The notes: generated from the letters alone by a model not told the origin. A stretch of 64,000 nucleotides of DNA from an uncultured Actinomycetes bacterium (GCA_963784845.1 CAWASN010000007.1:1066168-1130167), one strand, 5' to 3'. Counted from the first letter of the stretch, positions 31,136-42,646 are shown. Translations and numbers: made by a program.

Positions 31136-32116
31136 ATGACCGACGTGCGCAACGACTGGACGATCGACGAGGTGCGGGCACTCTTCGAGCTCCCGCTCAT
31201 GGACCTGGTCCGCCGGGCGGGCGAGGTGCACCGGCAGTTCCACGACGCCGACGTCGTGCAGGTGAACCAGCTGCTGTCGATCAAGACGGGAGCGTGCCCC
31301 GAGGACTGCGGCTACTGCTCGCAATCGGTCCATCACGACAGCGGTGTGAAGCCCGAGCCGCTCATGGCCGTCGATGAGGTCGTGCGCACCGCCAAACGGG
31401 CCAAGGCGCAGGGCGTGACCCGGTTCTGCATGGGCGCGGCGTGGCGCGACGTCAAGGACAACGCGCAATTCGAGCGTGTCCTCGAGATGGTGAAACAGGT
31501 CAACGAGCTCGGTCTCGAGGTGTGCACGACGCTCGGCATGCTCACTGCCGATCAGGCCCGCCGACTCGAAGAAGCCGGGCTCTACGCGTACAACCACAAT
31601 CTCGACACCTCGCCCGAGTACTACGACTCGGTCATCACGACCCGGACGTACCAAGACCGCCTCGACACGATCGAGAACCTGCGCACCACCCGCATCACCG
31701 TGTGTTGCGGCGGAATCATCGGGATGGGCGAGTCGGCCGCCGATCGCATCTCGTTCCTCCAGCGGCTCGCCACACTCGATCCGCATCCCGAATCGGTGCC
31801 GATCAACGTGCTGTCACGCGTGCCGGGCACCCCGCTCGAGGACGCGGCCGACGTCGAGATCGACGAGACCGTGCGCATGATCGCGACCGCGCGCGTGCTC
31901 ATGCCCGCGTCGGTAGTGCGTATCGCCGCCGGTCGCCACCTCATGAGCTTCTCGGACCAGGCGTTGTGTTTCCTGGCCGGCGCCAACTCGATCTTCACGA
32001 GCGAACGCAACATGATGCTCACCGAGACCACGCCTTGTGCCGATCACGCGTCCGACCGGGCCATGCTCGCCGCGATGGGACTCCGGCCGCGCGTGCTCGA
32101 CCCGAACCTGCGCTGA
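31136..32116 (+). CDS. bioB: biotin synthase
   Basis: 326 aa; radical-SAM [11 protein letters not shown] and the typical BioB body; starts 3 nt after the SDR stop. Confidence 0.9.
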   Translation: MTDVRNDWTIDEVRALFELPLMDLVRRAGEVHRQFHDADVVQVNQLLSIKTGACPEDCGYCSQSVHHDSGVKPEPLMAVDEVVRTAKRAKAQGVTRFCMGAAWRDVKDNAQFERVLEMVKQVNELGLEVCTTLGMLTADQARRLEEAGLYAYNHNLDTSPEYYDSVITTRTYQDRLDTIENLRTTRITVCCGGIIGMGESAADRISFLQRLATLDPHPESVPINVLSRVPGTPLEDAADVEIDETVRMIATARVLMPASVVRIAAGRHLMSFSDQALCFLAGANSIFTSERNMMLTETTPCADHASDRAMLAAMGLRPRVLDPNLR

Positions 32117-32141
32117 TCCGGGTGCCCGGATCGCCGGGGGG

Positions 32142-32926
32142 TCAGTTCGTCGGTGCCTCGCCGTGCGCGGTGTCGCACAGTCGCGTCTGGCCGGTGGGAA
32201 TCTGCCCCGCGCCGACGCCCTGGAGGGCGGCGAAAGGGCCGCAGGGGTTCGGCACGACCCACACGTGCAGCATCGGCATCGAGCCCGCCTTCGACGAGCC
32301 CGGCGGACACTGGCCGTTGATCGTGGTGGCGCCCGACAACGTCTTTTGCACCGGGTCGTTGGTGAGACACAGGTCGGCATGGATGTGCCACTGCGTGAGC
32401 GCGCCACCGACGTCGGGGACATCGGTGAAGCGACTGCCGAACGGCATCATGTACATCGCGGCGACGACCTGCTGCTTTCCGTCGCGTTTCTCATAGACGA
32501 GCGACTCGGGGCGGGTCGGGTCGAGGATGTGACCGTCGTCGACGTTCGACCATTTGACGTAGTGCTCGTCGCCGGTGAGCGCGTCACCGATCGAGCGGTA
32601 TCCGGCTGCGTAGGCCTGCGACGGGTACTCGTACTTGCGGAGGTCCACGATGGTCTCGCGCACCAGGGTCTCGGCGCGGTGCTGCTCGGCCGGTGTCACG
32701 CCGGGTGTTCCGCCGAGATCGATCGGCTCACTCGGGTCGTACGGTTTCGGCTTCTCGAGCGTCGTGGTGGTTGCCACTGACGTGGGCGGAGTGTTCGGTC
32801 GCCGCGGGCCCGTTGGCGCCCCGCGGGCCCGTTCGCTCCGATCGAGTGGGCGCTCGAGGTGCCGCACGCTCCCAGAACTGCGACGGCAACTCCCACGATC
32901 GCGAGCCGAACCCCCGATACCGTCAC
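32142..32926 (-). pseudogene. secreted lipoprotein of unknown function, one apparent frameshift after the signal peptide
   Basis: Signal and lipobox (VLGAC-GTSS) in ORF 32696..32926 (GTG 32926); conserved-looking body (HIHADLCL, HVWVVPNPCGPF) in ORF 32142..33113. Shift near 32830. Confidence 0.5.
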
Positions 32927-32995
32927 GAAACCAGGCTACCGGGCCCGGACGAGCACGCACCCGCAAGAAGTGCACGGTTGTCTCGCGAGGCCGGG

Positions 32996-34897
32996 CTATT
33001 TCGGGAGCGCGCGAAGGAACGCCGCCGCGATCGGCGCGGCGACCGCTCCGCCGACGCCTCCGCCCTCGACGATGACGGCATAGGCGAGATTGCCTCGGTA
33101 CCCGATGAACCACGCGTGCGTGGGCGGTGGGTTTCCCTGGCCGAACTCGGCGGTCCCGGTCTTTCCGAACGAGTCGGCCGGCAGCCCCGCGCCGGCCGCG
33201 GTACCGCCCGCGCGCACCACGCTCGCCATGAACGAGCGCAGCGTCGACACAACGACCGCGTCGAGCGCCGGCGAACCGACCGGATTCACCGCGGCGCCGG
33301 CGCGGTGACGAGGGTCGGCGCGCGCCACCGCCCGGACGCGACGGCCGCGGCGACCGAAGCCATCTCGACCGGGCTCGCGAGCACGCGCCCCTGCCCGATG
33401 GCCGACGCGGCGCGCTCGGCCGCGTCGCTCGGAGTCGGGAACGAGCCGCCCGCCACGTCGACGCCGAGCGACCAGTGCGTGTTGAATCCGAACAACGCCG
33501 CGGCTTGGCCCAGCGCTGCGGTCGGGAGCTTGTCGGCGAGGCCGATGAACGCGTTGTTGCACGAGATCGCGAACACGCGCGCGAGGTCGAGCGCGCCGGG
33601 TGCTTCGCCCTCGAAGTTCGAGAACGTCCGTCCGTCGACGGTGAGCTTGGGTGGGCACGGCGCCGGTGTGGATCCGTTGTCGCCCGCGGCCAGTAGCGCG
33701 GCCGCGGTGATGACCTTGAAAGTCGAGCCCGGCGGATACTGGCCCGCGAGAGCTCGCTGAGAACCCGTCGTACGGCTTGGAGACGACCGCTCGGATCGCA
33801 CCGGTGGTCGTATCGACGGCAACGAGGCCCGCGTTCCGGCCGACGCCCGCGAGCGCCGCCTCCGCCGCCTTCTGGGTGGTCGGATCGATCGTGAGGCGGA
33901 CCGGTTGCGCGGCCTTGCCGGGGAACCGTTTGACCAGCTTCGCGGTGTTCCCCTTCGCGTCGACGATCACGACGTCGCGGCGCGGCGTTCCCGCGAGTTG
34001 CTTCTCGTAGACGGCTTCGAGACCCGAGAGCCCGACCTGGTCGCCCACCGTGTACGGCGCACCGAGCTTCTTCAGACCGTCGGCTGTGATGTCGCCGACC
34101 GTGCCGAGCACCTGTGATCCGAGCGGCGCGTCGACCGAGCTCACACCCGTCGCGGCGCGGAAGATGATCCCGGGAATCGGTAAGAGCGTGTCGTGGATCT
34201 TCTGGTATGCGCGGTCACGCGGCACCGTGATGACGGGGAGGAAGTAGTTCGGCCGGATGCCGGGGGCGTGCAGGACCTTGTCGATGGTCGCCGGGTCGAC
34301 CGCCAGGGTCGCTTTCATGGCGACCTTCACCGTGGCAAGGTCGGCCGGCGTCTTGATGTGGTCCGGCTCCAAACCGATGACGACCGTAGCCTGCGCTCCG
34401 GCCAGGACGCTGCCGTTCGCGGCCAGGATCGACGCCCGCGCCGGCCACGTCCGCGTCACCGTCAGGTGTTGCCCGGTCTCGAGACCGGGATAGAGCTCGC
34501 TCGGGTTCCAGGTGATCCGCCAGCCCGTCGCCTTCGAATGCTGCAGCGCCAGGGTGCCGTCCCAGGCGATCGCCCCGAGCCCTTGCAGGTTCACCTGGGC
34601 GTGGTACGTCGCCGTGGCGTCGGTCGCGGCTCCCGAGAGCCCGGTGCGGGTATAGGTGGCCGAGCTGCCCGGAACCGCCTTGACCAGGCTCGACGCGACG
34701 GCGTCCAGGTCGGCGACGGGTCGGTCGAGGAGGGTCGCCATGTCGGCCGTGTTGCCCCGGGCCCAGGCGTGCAAGAAGGTGTCGACCTCGCGAGTCGGCA
34801 GGGCGATCGTGTCGCTGTGGGTCCGGGAGAGCGTGATGCCCACGATGACCCCGGCCACGACGACGAGCGCGAGGAAGAACACGAGCGCACGCTTCAT
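32996..34897 (-). pseudogene. class B penicillin-binding protein (transpeptidase), two compensating frameshifts
   Basis: The 633-aa ORF stays open, but catalytic STFK and SCN motifs are encoded in the alternative frame (ORF 33286..33822); KTGT is back in the main frame. Shifts near 33760 and 33300. Confidence 0.7.
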
Positions 34898-35041
34898 CTC
34901 GGGTCAGTCTGGCGCGGCGCCCCGCAACGGAGGTGGCACCCCCCGTCCCGCCGTGCCGCCCGCCGCCCGGACCAGCTGCGTACCGCTCGCCGACCCGGCC
35001 CGGACCGCTCGTTCAACACACGCGGCGTCGGAGGACGAAGA

Positions 35042-35055
35042 TGGAACACGTTCTA
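35042..35055. promoter_or_regulatory. KstR-type operator-like palindrome TGGAACACGTTCTA
   Basis: Fits TnnAACnnGTTnnA; 37 nt upstream of the fadE start in the divergent PBP/fadE intergenic region. Confidence 0.4.
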
Positions 35056-35091
35056 GAGAGTGATCGTCGTCGAGTCGGACGCGGAGGCCAG

Positions 35092-36270
35092 ATGTACGTC
35101 GGGTTGAGCAAAGAGCAAGAGGCGCTGCGCGACGAGCTCCGCGCGTACTACGGCAACCTGCTCACGCCCGAGGTCGAGGACGACCTGCGCAAGGGCGAGG
35201 GTGTCGGCGAAGTCTCCAAGAATGTGTGGAAGCAGATGTGCCGCGACGGCTGGGCGGGTGTCGGTTGGCCCAAGGAGTGGGGCGGCCGGGGCATGACGCC
35301 GATCGAACAGTTCGTCTTCTTCGACGAGTCGATGCGCTCGGGCGCGCCGGTGCCGATGCTCACCATCAACTCGGTCGCACCGACGATCATGCGGTACGGA
35401 TCGGAAGAGCAGAAGCAGTTCTACGTCGACAAGATCCTGAAGGGTGAGATCCACTTCGCGATCGGGTACACCGAGCCCGATGCCGGCACCGACCTGGCAT
35501 CGTTGAAGACCGAAGCGGTGCGCGACGGCGACGAGTACGTGATCAACGGCCAGAAGGTGTTCACGAGCCTCGCCAGTGGTGCCGACTACATATGGCTCGC
35601 GGTGCGCACGAGCCAAGAGGCCAAGAAGCACAAGGGCATCTCGATCATCATCGTGCCGACCGACACGCCGGGCTTCTCGTACAAGAAGATCGACAACTTC
35701 GGCGGGACCAACACCAACATCACCTACTACGAGGACGTGCGCGTTCCCGCCGGCAACCTCGTCGGCGAGGAGAATCAGGGCTGGTCGCTGATCACCAACC
35801 AGCTGAACCACGAGCGCGTCACGTTGTGCGCGTCGGGAGTCGTCGAACGCCAGCTCGACGACGTTCGCCGTTGGGCGCAGGAGACGAAGCTGGCCGACGG
35901 CAGGCGCGTCATCGACCAGGAATGGGTGCAGGTAAACCTCGCCCGCGTGCACGCCAAGCTCGAGTTCCTGAAGCTCGCGAACTGGCGGGTTGCGTGGCTC
36001 GCGCAAAGCGGCGAGGCGCTGAATCCGGCCGACGCTTCGTCGATCAAGGTGTACGGCACCGAGTTCTACATGGAAGCCGCGCGCCTGTTGATGGAGATCA
36101 TGCGCGACCAGGCTCCACTGTCCGGCACTTCGCCGGGAGCTGTCGTCGCGCGGCCGGGTCGAGCGCATGCTGCGAGGCATGCACATCCTCACCTTCGGCG
36201 GTGGCACCAACGAGATGCAACGCGACCTGATCGCGATCTTCGGGCTCAACATGCCCGGCAGCCCGCGCTG
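35092..36270 (+). pseudogene. acyl-CoA dehydrogenase (FadE), one frameshift near the 3' end
   Basis: ATG 35092 after GGAGG; reads cleanly to about 36145, where the conserved C-terminus RVERMLRGMHILTFGGGTNEMQRDLIAIFGLNMP continues in the +1 frame to TGA 36268-36270. Confidence 0.75.
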
Positions 36271-36286
36271 AGCCTAGGAGACCAAC

Positions 36287-37478
36287 ATGGACTTTGCACT
36301 TTCCGAAGCACAACAGGAACTGGCAGGTCTCGCGGCGCGCATCCTCGAGGACCGCATGGACCTGCAGCACCTGAAAGAGCGCGACCGCTCCGCCGACTGG
36401 TACGACCTCGCCACGTGGCAGGAGTTCGCGAAGGCGAACATCCTCGGGATCGCGCTGCCCGAGAACGTCGGCGGCCTCGGGCTCGGCTTCCTCGACCTCT
36501 GCATGGTGTTGCGCGAAGTCGGGCGCCAGCGTCGCGCCGCTGCCGATGGTCCAGACCCTTGTCAGCGCCGCGCTTCCGATCGCCCGCTACGGCACCGAGG
36601 CCCAGCAGGCCGTGCTGTCGAAAGTGGTCGCGGGGGAGGTGCTGCTCACCGCCGCGCTCGTCGAGTACGGCGCCGAGCCGGAGCAGCCCACGACGACCGC
36701 GATCCGTGATGGCGACGGGTGGCGTCTCGACGGTCTGAAGGGCAGCGTGCCGGGCGCGGCCGCGGCCGAGCTCGTCGTCGTGCCGGCCCGTATCGACGAC
36801 GGTGTCGGGCTCTTCCTCGTGCCGACGAGCGCGGCGGGCGTCACGCTCGAGCGCCAGGAGATCATGAACCACGAGCCGTTGTTCGAGCTCCGGCTCGACG
36901 GTGTGCGGTTGGGTGCCGACGCGCTGCTCGGCACGCCCGAACAGGGAAGCGAGATCCTCGCGTTCACGCTCAACCGCACGACGGTCGCGATGTGCGCGCT
37001 CGTTTCCGGCGTCGCCGACAAGGCGCTGCGCCTCACCGCGCAGTACACGACCGAGCGCAAGCAGTTCGACCGGGCGATCGGTACGTTCCAGGCAGTCGGT
37101 CAGCGCATGGCCGACTGCTTCACGGACAATCAGGCGATCGAGCTGACGATGCTGCAAGCCGCGACGCATCTCGACGAAGGTCGCGATGATCCGCTCGAGG
37201 TCGCGACCGCGAAATTCTGGGCGGCCGAGGGCGGCAACCGGATCGGGCACGCGGCGCTGCACATCCACGGAGGCATCAGCATCGATCTCGACTTCCCGAT
37301 CCACAGGTACTTCCTCTGGCTGAAGCGCTACGAGTTCTCACTCGGATCCGCGACACCCGAGCTCCTGCGGATCGGCGCGGTGCTCGCCGATACCCCGGTC
37401 GCCGACTTGACGCGCTCGTCAAGACCCGTCACGTACGCCTGTATCTCCGACGACGCTCAAGCTTTCGCGGCCGCCTGA
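36287..37478 (+). pseudogene. acyl-CoA dehydrogenase (second subunit-like FadE), one frameshift
   Basis: N-terminus in ORF 36287..36709, remainder in ORF 36546..37478; shift near 36525. Confidence 0.7.
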
Positions 37479-37521
37479 CGACACCGCGCCCCGAGTTCCG
37501 TGGTGGGAACTTCCGGGCGAG

Positions 37522-38050
37522 TTGGAGCACGGCATTGCAGCGGGGGATTTCAACCGGCGCCTCCGGCGCTCGGTTTCGTTCGTCGTCAGCGCAGTCGGGC
37601 TCGTTGTCGCGCTCGCGCTCATGGCGGTGGCCGACGGAGGCACGACGAACCCCGTCGGCCCATCGCCAGGTTCGCTGGCCGCGTTCCGGATCCGCACGGG
37701 GCGGCGCGGCTGCGACTCCCGTCGCCCCTGCCGCGCCGGGTACCCGGCGCGAACGTCGTGGCGTCCCCTCACGTGTCGCCGGTCCCGATCTTGCCGGCGT
37801 CGGCGCTCGCCGGCACGCGACCACGTGCTGCGCCGGCCCCGGTCGTTCCCGTGGCGGCCCCGACGACGGCACTGCCGGCGAGACTCCCACCGGCGCCGGT
37901 GACGATCGCCCCACCGCCTGCTGTCCCCGGGCCTTCGGTTCCGCCGGTTCCGCCGCCGGTTCGGCCGACCCCGACGACTTCACCTTCCCGGACGCCGCCG
38001 ACGACCGGGCCGCCCGCCTCGGACGACCCGGATCACGACGGCGACGACGT
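37522..38050 (+). CDS. possible membrane-anchored Pro/Ala/Thr-rich protein (frame and end uncertain)
   Basis: TTG 37522 ORF encodes a TM helix (VSFVVSAVGLVVALALMAV); the Pro-rich continuation is in the frame of ORF 37500..38411. High-GC shadow frames make this weak. Confidence 0.2.
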
Positions 38051-38072
38051 CAACTGCCGCGGCGCGGCGGCC

Positions 38073-38836
38073 TCAACTCCGCGCGGCACGCAAAAGACTC
38101 TCGACCGGAGCAAGGTCGAAAGGATGACCGACCATCACGATCAGATGCTCCGCTCCCGCGTCGAGGAACGCCTGCCAGTTCTCGACCTCGGTGACGTTGA
38201 TCCCCACCGTTCGTTCGATCTGGGTCGGCTTGCGTCCGAGGCGTGTGCACCACTCGTCGAGCACCTCGTTCTTGTGGGCGAAGTTCTCGGGGGGACCGAA
38301 CGTGTTCCACGAATCGGCGTGCTCCGCGACCAGTCGCAACGTGACCTTCTCTCCGCTGCCTCCGATCATGATCGGCAGGCGGCCCGCGCGGTGCCGGCTC
38401 GAGGCGACTGAAACGATCCATGATGACGGGGAGGTCACGCTCGAGCGCGCGCAGCCGCCGGCCTGCGGTCCCGAACTCGTAGCCGTACTCGTCGTAGTCG
38501 CGCTCGAACCAACCGGAGCCGATGCCGAGGACGAACCGACCATTGCTGATGTGGTCGATGGTGCGCGACATGTCGGCGAGCAGATTCGGGATTCCGGTAC
38601 GAGTTGCACGTGACCAGCGCGCCGATGTTCGCGTGACTGGTGTCGGCCGCCATCGCCGCGAGCAGCGCGTACGCCTCGAAGTGTGCCGCGTCGGGATCTC
38701 CGTACAGCGGGTAGAAGTGGTCCCACACCCAGATGCTGTCGACCTCGAGCGCATCGGCCGCGTTCCACGCGGCCCGGATCTGCTCGACCGTCGTGGCCTG
38801 CGGGTGGAGCTGGACGCCGACTTTGAATCTCGCCAT
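38073..38836 (-). pseudogene. LLM-class (luciferase-like) flavin/F420-dependent oxidoreductase, two frameshifts
   Basis: ATG 38836 ([13 protein letters not shown]...DSIWVWDHF) in ORF 38435..38836, middle in 38050..38754 ([16 protein letters not shown]), C-terminus in 38073..38768. Confidence 0.7.
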
Positions 38837-38856
38837 GCGTCCGACGCTACCTTCGA

Positions 38857-39998
38857 CTACTGCTCCCGCAGTTCGAGCCGCCGGCCGTTGTCGCGCAGCA
38901 CGAGCGCGGCTTCTCCGCGCAGGAGCCGCTGCAGGGGCTCGCCGACGAGGTCCGGCGCGCCAACCTGCAGCCAGACGGCTCGGGCGATCCTGCAGCAGGT
39001 GGGTGAGCTCGGCCCTGGTGGCCAGGAGCGCCGGGATCGAGGTCGAGCTCCGACGCGCGTTGGGCGAGCCACGCGCCGAGCACCGTCACCGCGGGTGCGA
39101 GCGACCGGTCGATCCGATCCGACTCGGGGAGCCGGAGCTCCGACGCCGGAAGCTCGACGCCTGCCTCGACGGCGGCGAGGAGGTCGGTTGCCGTGTTGTC
39201 GCGCAGGCGCCCGTCGATGCCACGGATGCCGACGAGGTCTTCGCGACTGCGAGGCGGACGCTGGACGATGCCGGCGAGCGCAAGGTCCGACAGCACGAAG
39301 CGCGCGCGGGACGTCGAGACCCTCGGCCGTCTGCTCACGCCATGCCGCGACCTTCTGAGCGACACCGCGACCGCTGCCCCGCAGTTGGCGCGCACCCTTG
39401 ATCCGCCACCATGCCGTCTCGGCCTCGGGGCGCTGGCGGATGCGTTGGCGGCGTTCCTCGCACTCGTCGGTCGCCCACTCGAGGCGACCCATCGCCTCGA
39501 GGCGCGTCACCAGTTCGTCGTGCAGGGCCAAGAGGTACTCCACGTCGGCGGCCGCGTACCGCGCTGCTCGACCCGGAGCGGACGGCGGGTCCAATCGGTG
39601 AGCCGGTCGCCCTTGGTGAGGCGTGCACCGAGCAGCTTCTCGACCGTGGCCGCCAGCGACGGGGTGCCCATGCCGATGAATCCCGCCGCGACCTGAGTGT
39701 CGAACAGTCGCGAAGGTGCACAGCCACACGCGCGCTCGAGGATGGAGAGGTCCTGATCGGCGGCGTGGGCGACCATGCACCCCGGGCCGGCGAGCAACTC
39801 GCCGAGGGGAGCGGGGTCGACGGTGAGCGGGTCGATGAGCGCGATGCCGCCCGGCCATCCGATCTGGATCAGGGCCAGGTGCGGCCAGTAGGAACGTTCG
39901 CCGTGGAACTCGGTATCGAGCGCGTACCGGGGCTCGTCGGCGAGCGTCTGCACCAACTCGGCCAGTTGTGCCGGCTGGTCGATCCAGAGGGGTTCCAC
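38857..39998 (-). pseudogene. rnd: ribonuclease D, at least four frame changes
   Basis: GTG 39998; DEDDy exonuclease part (ALDTEFHGERSYWPHLALIQI) in ORF 39507..40382; later parts alternate between 38857..39858 and 38847..39395 (HRDC-like region). Confidence 0.65.
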
Positions 39999-40039
39999 GG
40001 CCCCAGCTTGCCGCGCGCCGGCGCCCGGGCGCCGCTTTC

Positions 40040-40982
40040 TAGCTCGGGCAGGCGCGGCCGGGCTGGTCAGGCGAGGGATGCCGCGCACCGAGGCCAGATA
40101 TTCGAACGAGCGCAGGACCGAGGGTTGATCCTCGGCGAGGTGACGCACGATCACGTCGGTGCAGCCCGAGCGCGCCCAGCTCGACGAAGGCGTCCACGAC
40201 CCGTGCCGGTGTGCCGAACGACGACCGCCGCCGGGTCGAAACCTCGGTAACCGCGCTCGACGATCGGTCCCGCGACCGCGGCCGCTTCCTCGTCGGTTCC
40301 GGCGACGTGCACGTCGCGCCTCACCGCGATCCGCGTCGGCCTCGCGTCCGTGGCGCGCGCACGCGTCCCGGTAGGTCTGCACGAGCGCGCGCGACTTCGG
40401 TCGGCGTGGCCTCGGGGCCGATCAGGAACGCATCGCCCATGCGAGCGGCCCGGTCGATCGCCGGCGCCGACGACCCGCCGATCCAGACCTCGAGCGGCTC
40501 GGGGGGCACCGGCGAGATCCGGGCCCGGTCGATCTCCCACGGACCGCCTGGTTCGGTGACGGTCTCTCCCCGGCAGAGCGCCCGCACGATGTCGAGTCCG
40601 GCCTCGAATCGCCGGGCTCGGTCTCGCAGACGTCGTGCCGAGGCCCCGGAACTGCTCCTCGCCGCCACCGACCGCGCACTGCATGATGAAGGGGCCGGAC
40701 GCGATCGACGCGAGCGTGCCGATCTGCTCGGCGAGCAACACCGGATGCCACAGCGGTAGCAGAAACAGTGCACCCGCGGGCCGCGTCGTCCCACTCCGCC
40801 AGGAGGCGGCCGAGAATGGCGACGTTTTGGTAATAGAGCACGGGAACGTTGTGGTGGTCGCCGACGAACAGGCTGTCGAGTCCCGCCGAAGCTGCGGCCC
40901 GGGCCCGCTCCACCATCCACTGCGCGCCCGGCCGCGTCGGCATCGGCCCGTACCCACTCCGCAACGAAGTCCCGATCCTCAT
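40040..40982 (-). pseudogene. LLM-class flavin/F420-dependent oxidoreductase, at least five frame changes
   Basis: ATG 40982 (MRIGTSLRSGYG...LDSLFVGDHH) in ORF 40422..41000; pieces in 40151..40957, 40321..40920 and 39507..40382. No in-frame stop before the RNase D start; 3' end approximate. Confidence 0.6.
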
Positions 40983-41249
40983 GGCTCCCTCGCTCCGCAA
41001 GCGCGGCTCCGCTGCGTCCGCACGGTCCTCACTCGGGCAGCCTCGCTCCGCAAGTGCGGCTCCGCTGCGTCCGCACGGTCCTCATGGCTCCCTCGCTCCG
41101 CAAGTGCGGCTCCGCTGCGTCCGCACGGTCCTCATGGCTCCCTCGCTCCGCAAGTGCGGCTCCGCTGCGTCCGCACGGTCCTCATGGCTCCCTCGCTCCG
41201 CAAGTGCGGCTCCGCTGCGTCCGCACGGTCCTCACTCGGGCAGCCTCGC
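40981..41249. repeat. 50/53-bp minisatellite, 5.3 copies
   Basis: Units start at 40981 (50 bp), 41031 (53 bp variant beginning actcgggcagcc), 41084, 41134 and 41184 (50 bp, identical), plus a 16-bp partial unit; fills the divergent region between the LLM start (40982) and the VOC start (41263). Confidence 0.95.
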
Positions 41250-41262
41250 GAGAATGCGGAGA

Positions 41263-41780
41263 TGGCGACCATCGAACGCGATCTGGCGGCTCTCGCTCAG
41301 CGGCGGGCCGAGCTCCGCGAGAAGTTCCTTCGCTCCGATCGACCCGATTCGAACGGTGGAGGCGTGCACCACCTCGCGCTCATCTGCGCTGATCCCGAGC
41401 GCACGATCCGCTTCTATCAAGACGTGCTCGGGTTCCCACTCGTCGAGTTGTTCGAGAATCGCGACTACGAAGGCTCGACCCATTTCTTCTTCGACATCGG
41501 CGCCGGCAACATGCTTGCGTTCTTCGACTTCCCCGGGCTCGGTCTCGCGCCGGTGCCGGAGGGCCTCGGTGGTGTCCAACACGTCGCGATCTCCGTCACG
41601 CCGGAGGCATTCGAGATGCTGAAGCGCAAGCTCGAGGAGGCGGGGATCCCTTACATCGGGCCCCGACCGAGGGATCAAGGAGTCGGTGTACTTCAAGGAC
41701 CCCGACAACATCCAGGTGGAATTGATCCGCCAGCCGCTCATGGAAGTGCCCGAGAGCGCCCCCAAGACAGCTGACTTCCG
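41263..41780 (+). pseudogene. VOC (glyoxalase/bleomycin-resistance/dioxygenase) family protein, one frameshift; 3' end unclear
   Basis: ATG 41263; HHLALICADPERTIRFYQDVLGFPLVE...GVQHVAISV in ORF 40635..41774; the conserved YFKDPDNIQVELI continues in ORF 41686..41898. Confidence 0.6.
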
Positions 41781-41801
41781 AGAGCACCCCGGCCCACTGC
41801 G

Positions 41802-41857
41802 CCCAACAGTTGTGCCGAAAATCCGCGCCAGGCGCAGAAAAGTCGCACAACTGTTGG
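41802..41857. repeat. palindromic intergenic element (CAACAGTTGTGC family)
   Basis: cccaacagttgtgc-cgaaaatCCGCGCCaGGCGCagaaaagt-cgcacaactgttgg; the right arm abuts the ccdA stop codon (41858-41860). Confidence 0.8.
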
Positions 41858-42646
41858 TTAGCCGAGTTGGACGAGCCATTCGAGGTGCGCGTCGGTGAGC
41901 CACGTCTGTAGGTGCAGGCTCAGGCTCGACAACTCGTCGAACATCAACAACAGGCCGAACGCGCCGATCACGACCGCGGAGCCGCCGACGATCAGGACGA
42001 AGTGGCTCTTGACCCAACCGAGCGCGCCGCCGATGCGGCTCGAACAACAGGCCGCTCAAGAGGAATGGCAGGCCGAGCCCGAGCGAGTACACCGCGAGCA
42101 GGGTTCCGCCCGCCCCACGCGGTGCTGGTTGGCGGCGATACCGAGGATCGAGCCGAGGATCGGACCGATGCACGGCGACCACCCGAATCCGAACGCGACG
42201 CCCACGATCGCGGGTGCCGCTTCGCCGAAGCGACCGAGCTGCGGGTGGAACCGCCTCTCCTGGTACAGCCAGGGCGCGCGCAGGAAGAGAGATCCGAGGA
42301 GGAACAATGCCATCGCGAGCATGACCGTGCCCGACAATCGAGTCAGCACGCTCTGGTGATCGCGCAACAGCCGACCGAGCGATGTCGCCGACAGGCCCAA
42401 CGCGATGAACACGGCGCCGAAGCCGGCGACGAACGTCGCGGTGGTGGTGACGATGCGGCGGGCGTGAACTCGCGACTCGTTCTGTAGCTCACCGAGGTCG
42501 AGCCCGGTGACCATCGACAGGTAGCCCGGCAACAACGGGAGCACGCAGGGCGACAAGAAGGAGATGACGCCGCCTCCGAACGCGGCGAGATAGGCCAGTG
42601 CGTTGACGTCGTTGAAGCGCGCCCCGAGCGCGAGGATCGCGGTCAC
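41858..42646 (-). pseudogene. ccdA: cytochrome c biogenesis thiol-disulfide transporter CcdA (DsbD family), two frameshifts
   Basis: FLSPCVLPLLPGY and GWSPCIGPILG in ORF 42056..43171, middle in 41232..42182, last 60 aa (RIGGALGWVKSHFVLIVGG...EWLVQLG, TAA 41858-41860) in the third frame. Confidence 0.65.

Noticed and set aside
34933-35091. Long N-terminal extension of the fadE ORF
   Set aside because: The extension is Pro/Arg-rich and overlaps the candidate operator. ATG 35092 has a GGAGG at proper spacing and gives a typical ACAD N-terminus.
40981-41249. Possible CRISPR array
   Set aside because: The units are contiguous with no unique spacers, there are no cas genes, and the period (50/53 bp) is made up entirely of repeat.
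40635-41774. 379-aa ORF translating the minisatellite into repeated MAPSLRKCGSAASARSS peptides
   Set aside because: The 50-bp period is not a multiple of 3, so the repeat peptides change frame between units. The ORF merely fuses antisense LLM sequence, the repeat and the VOC gene.
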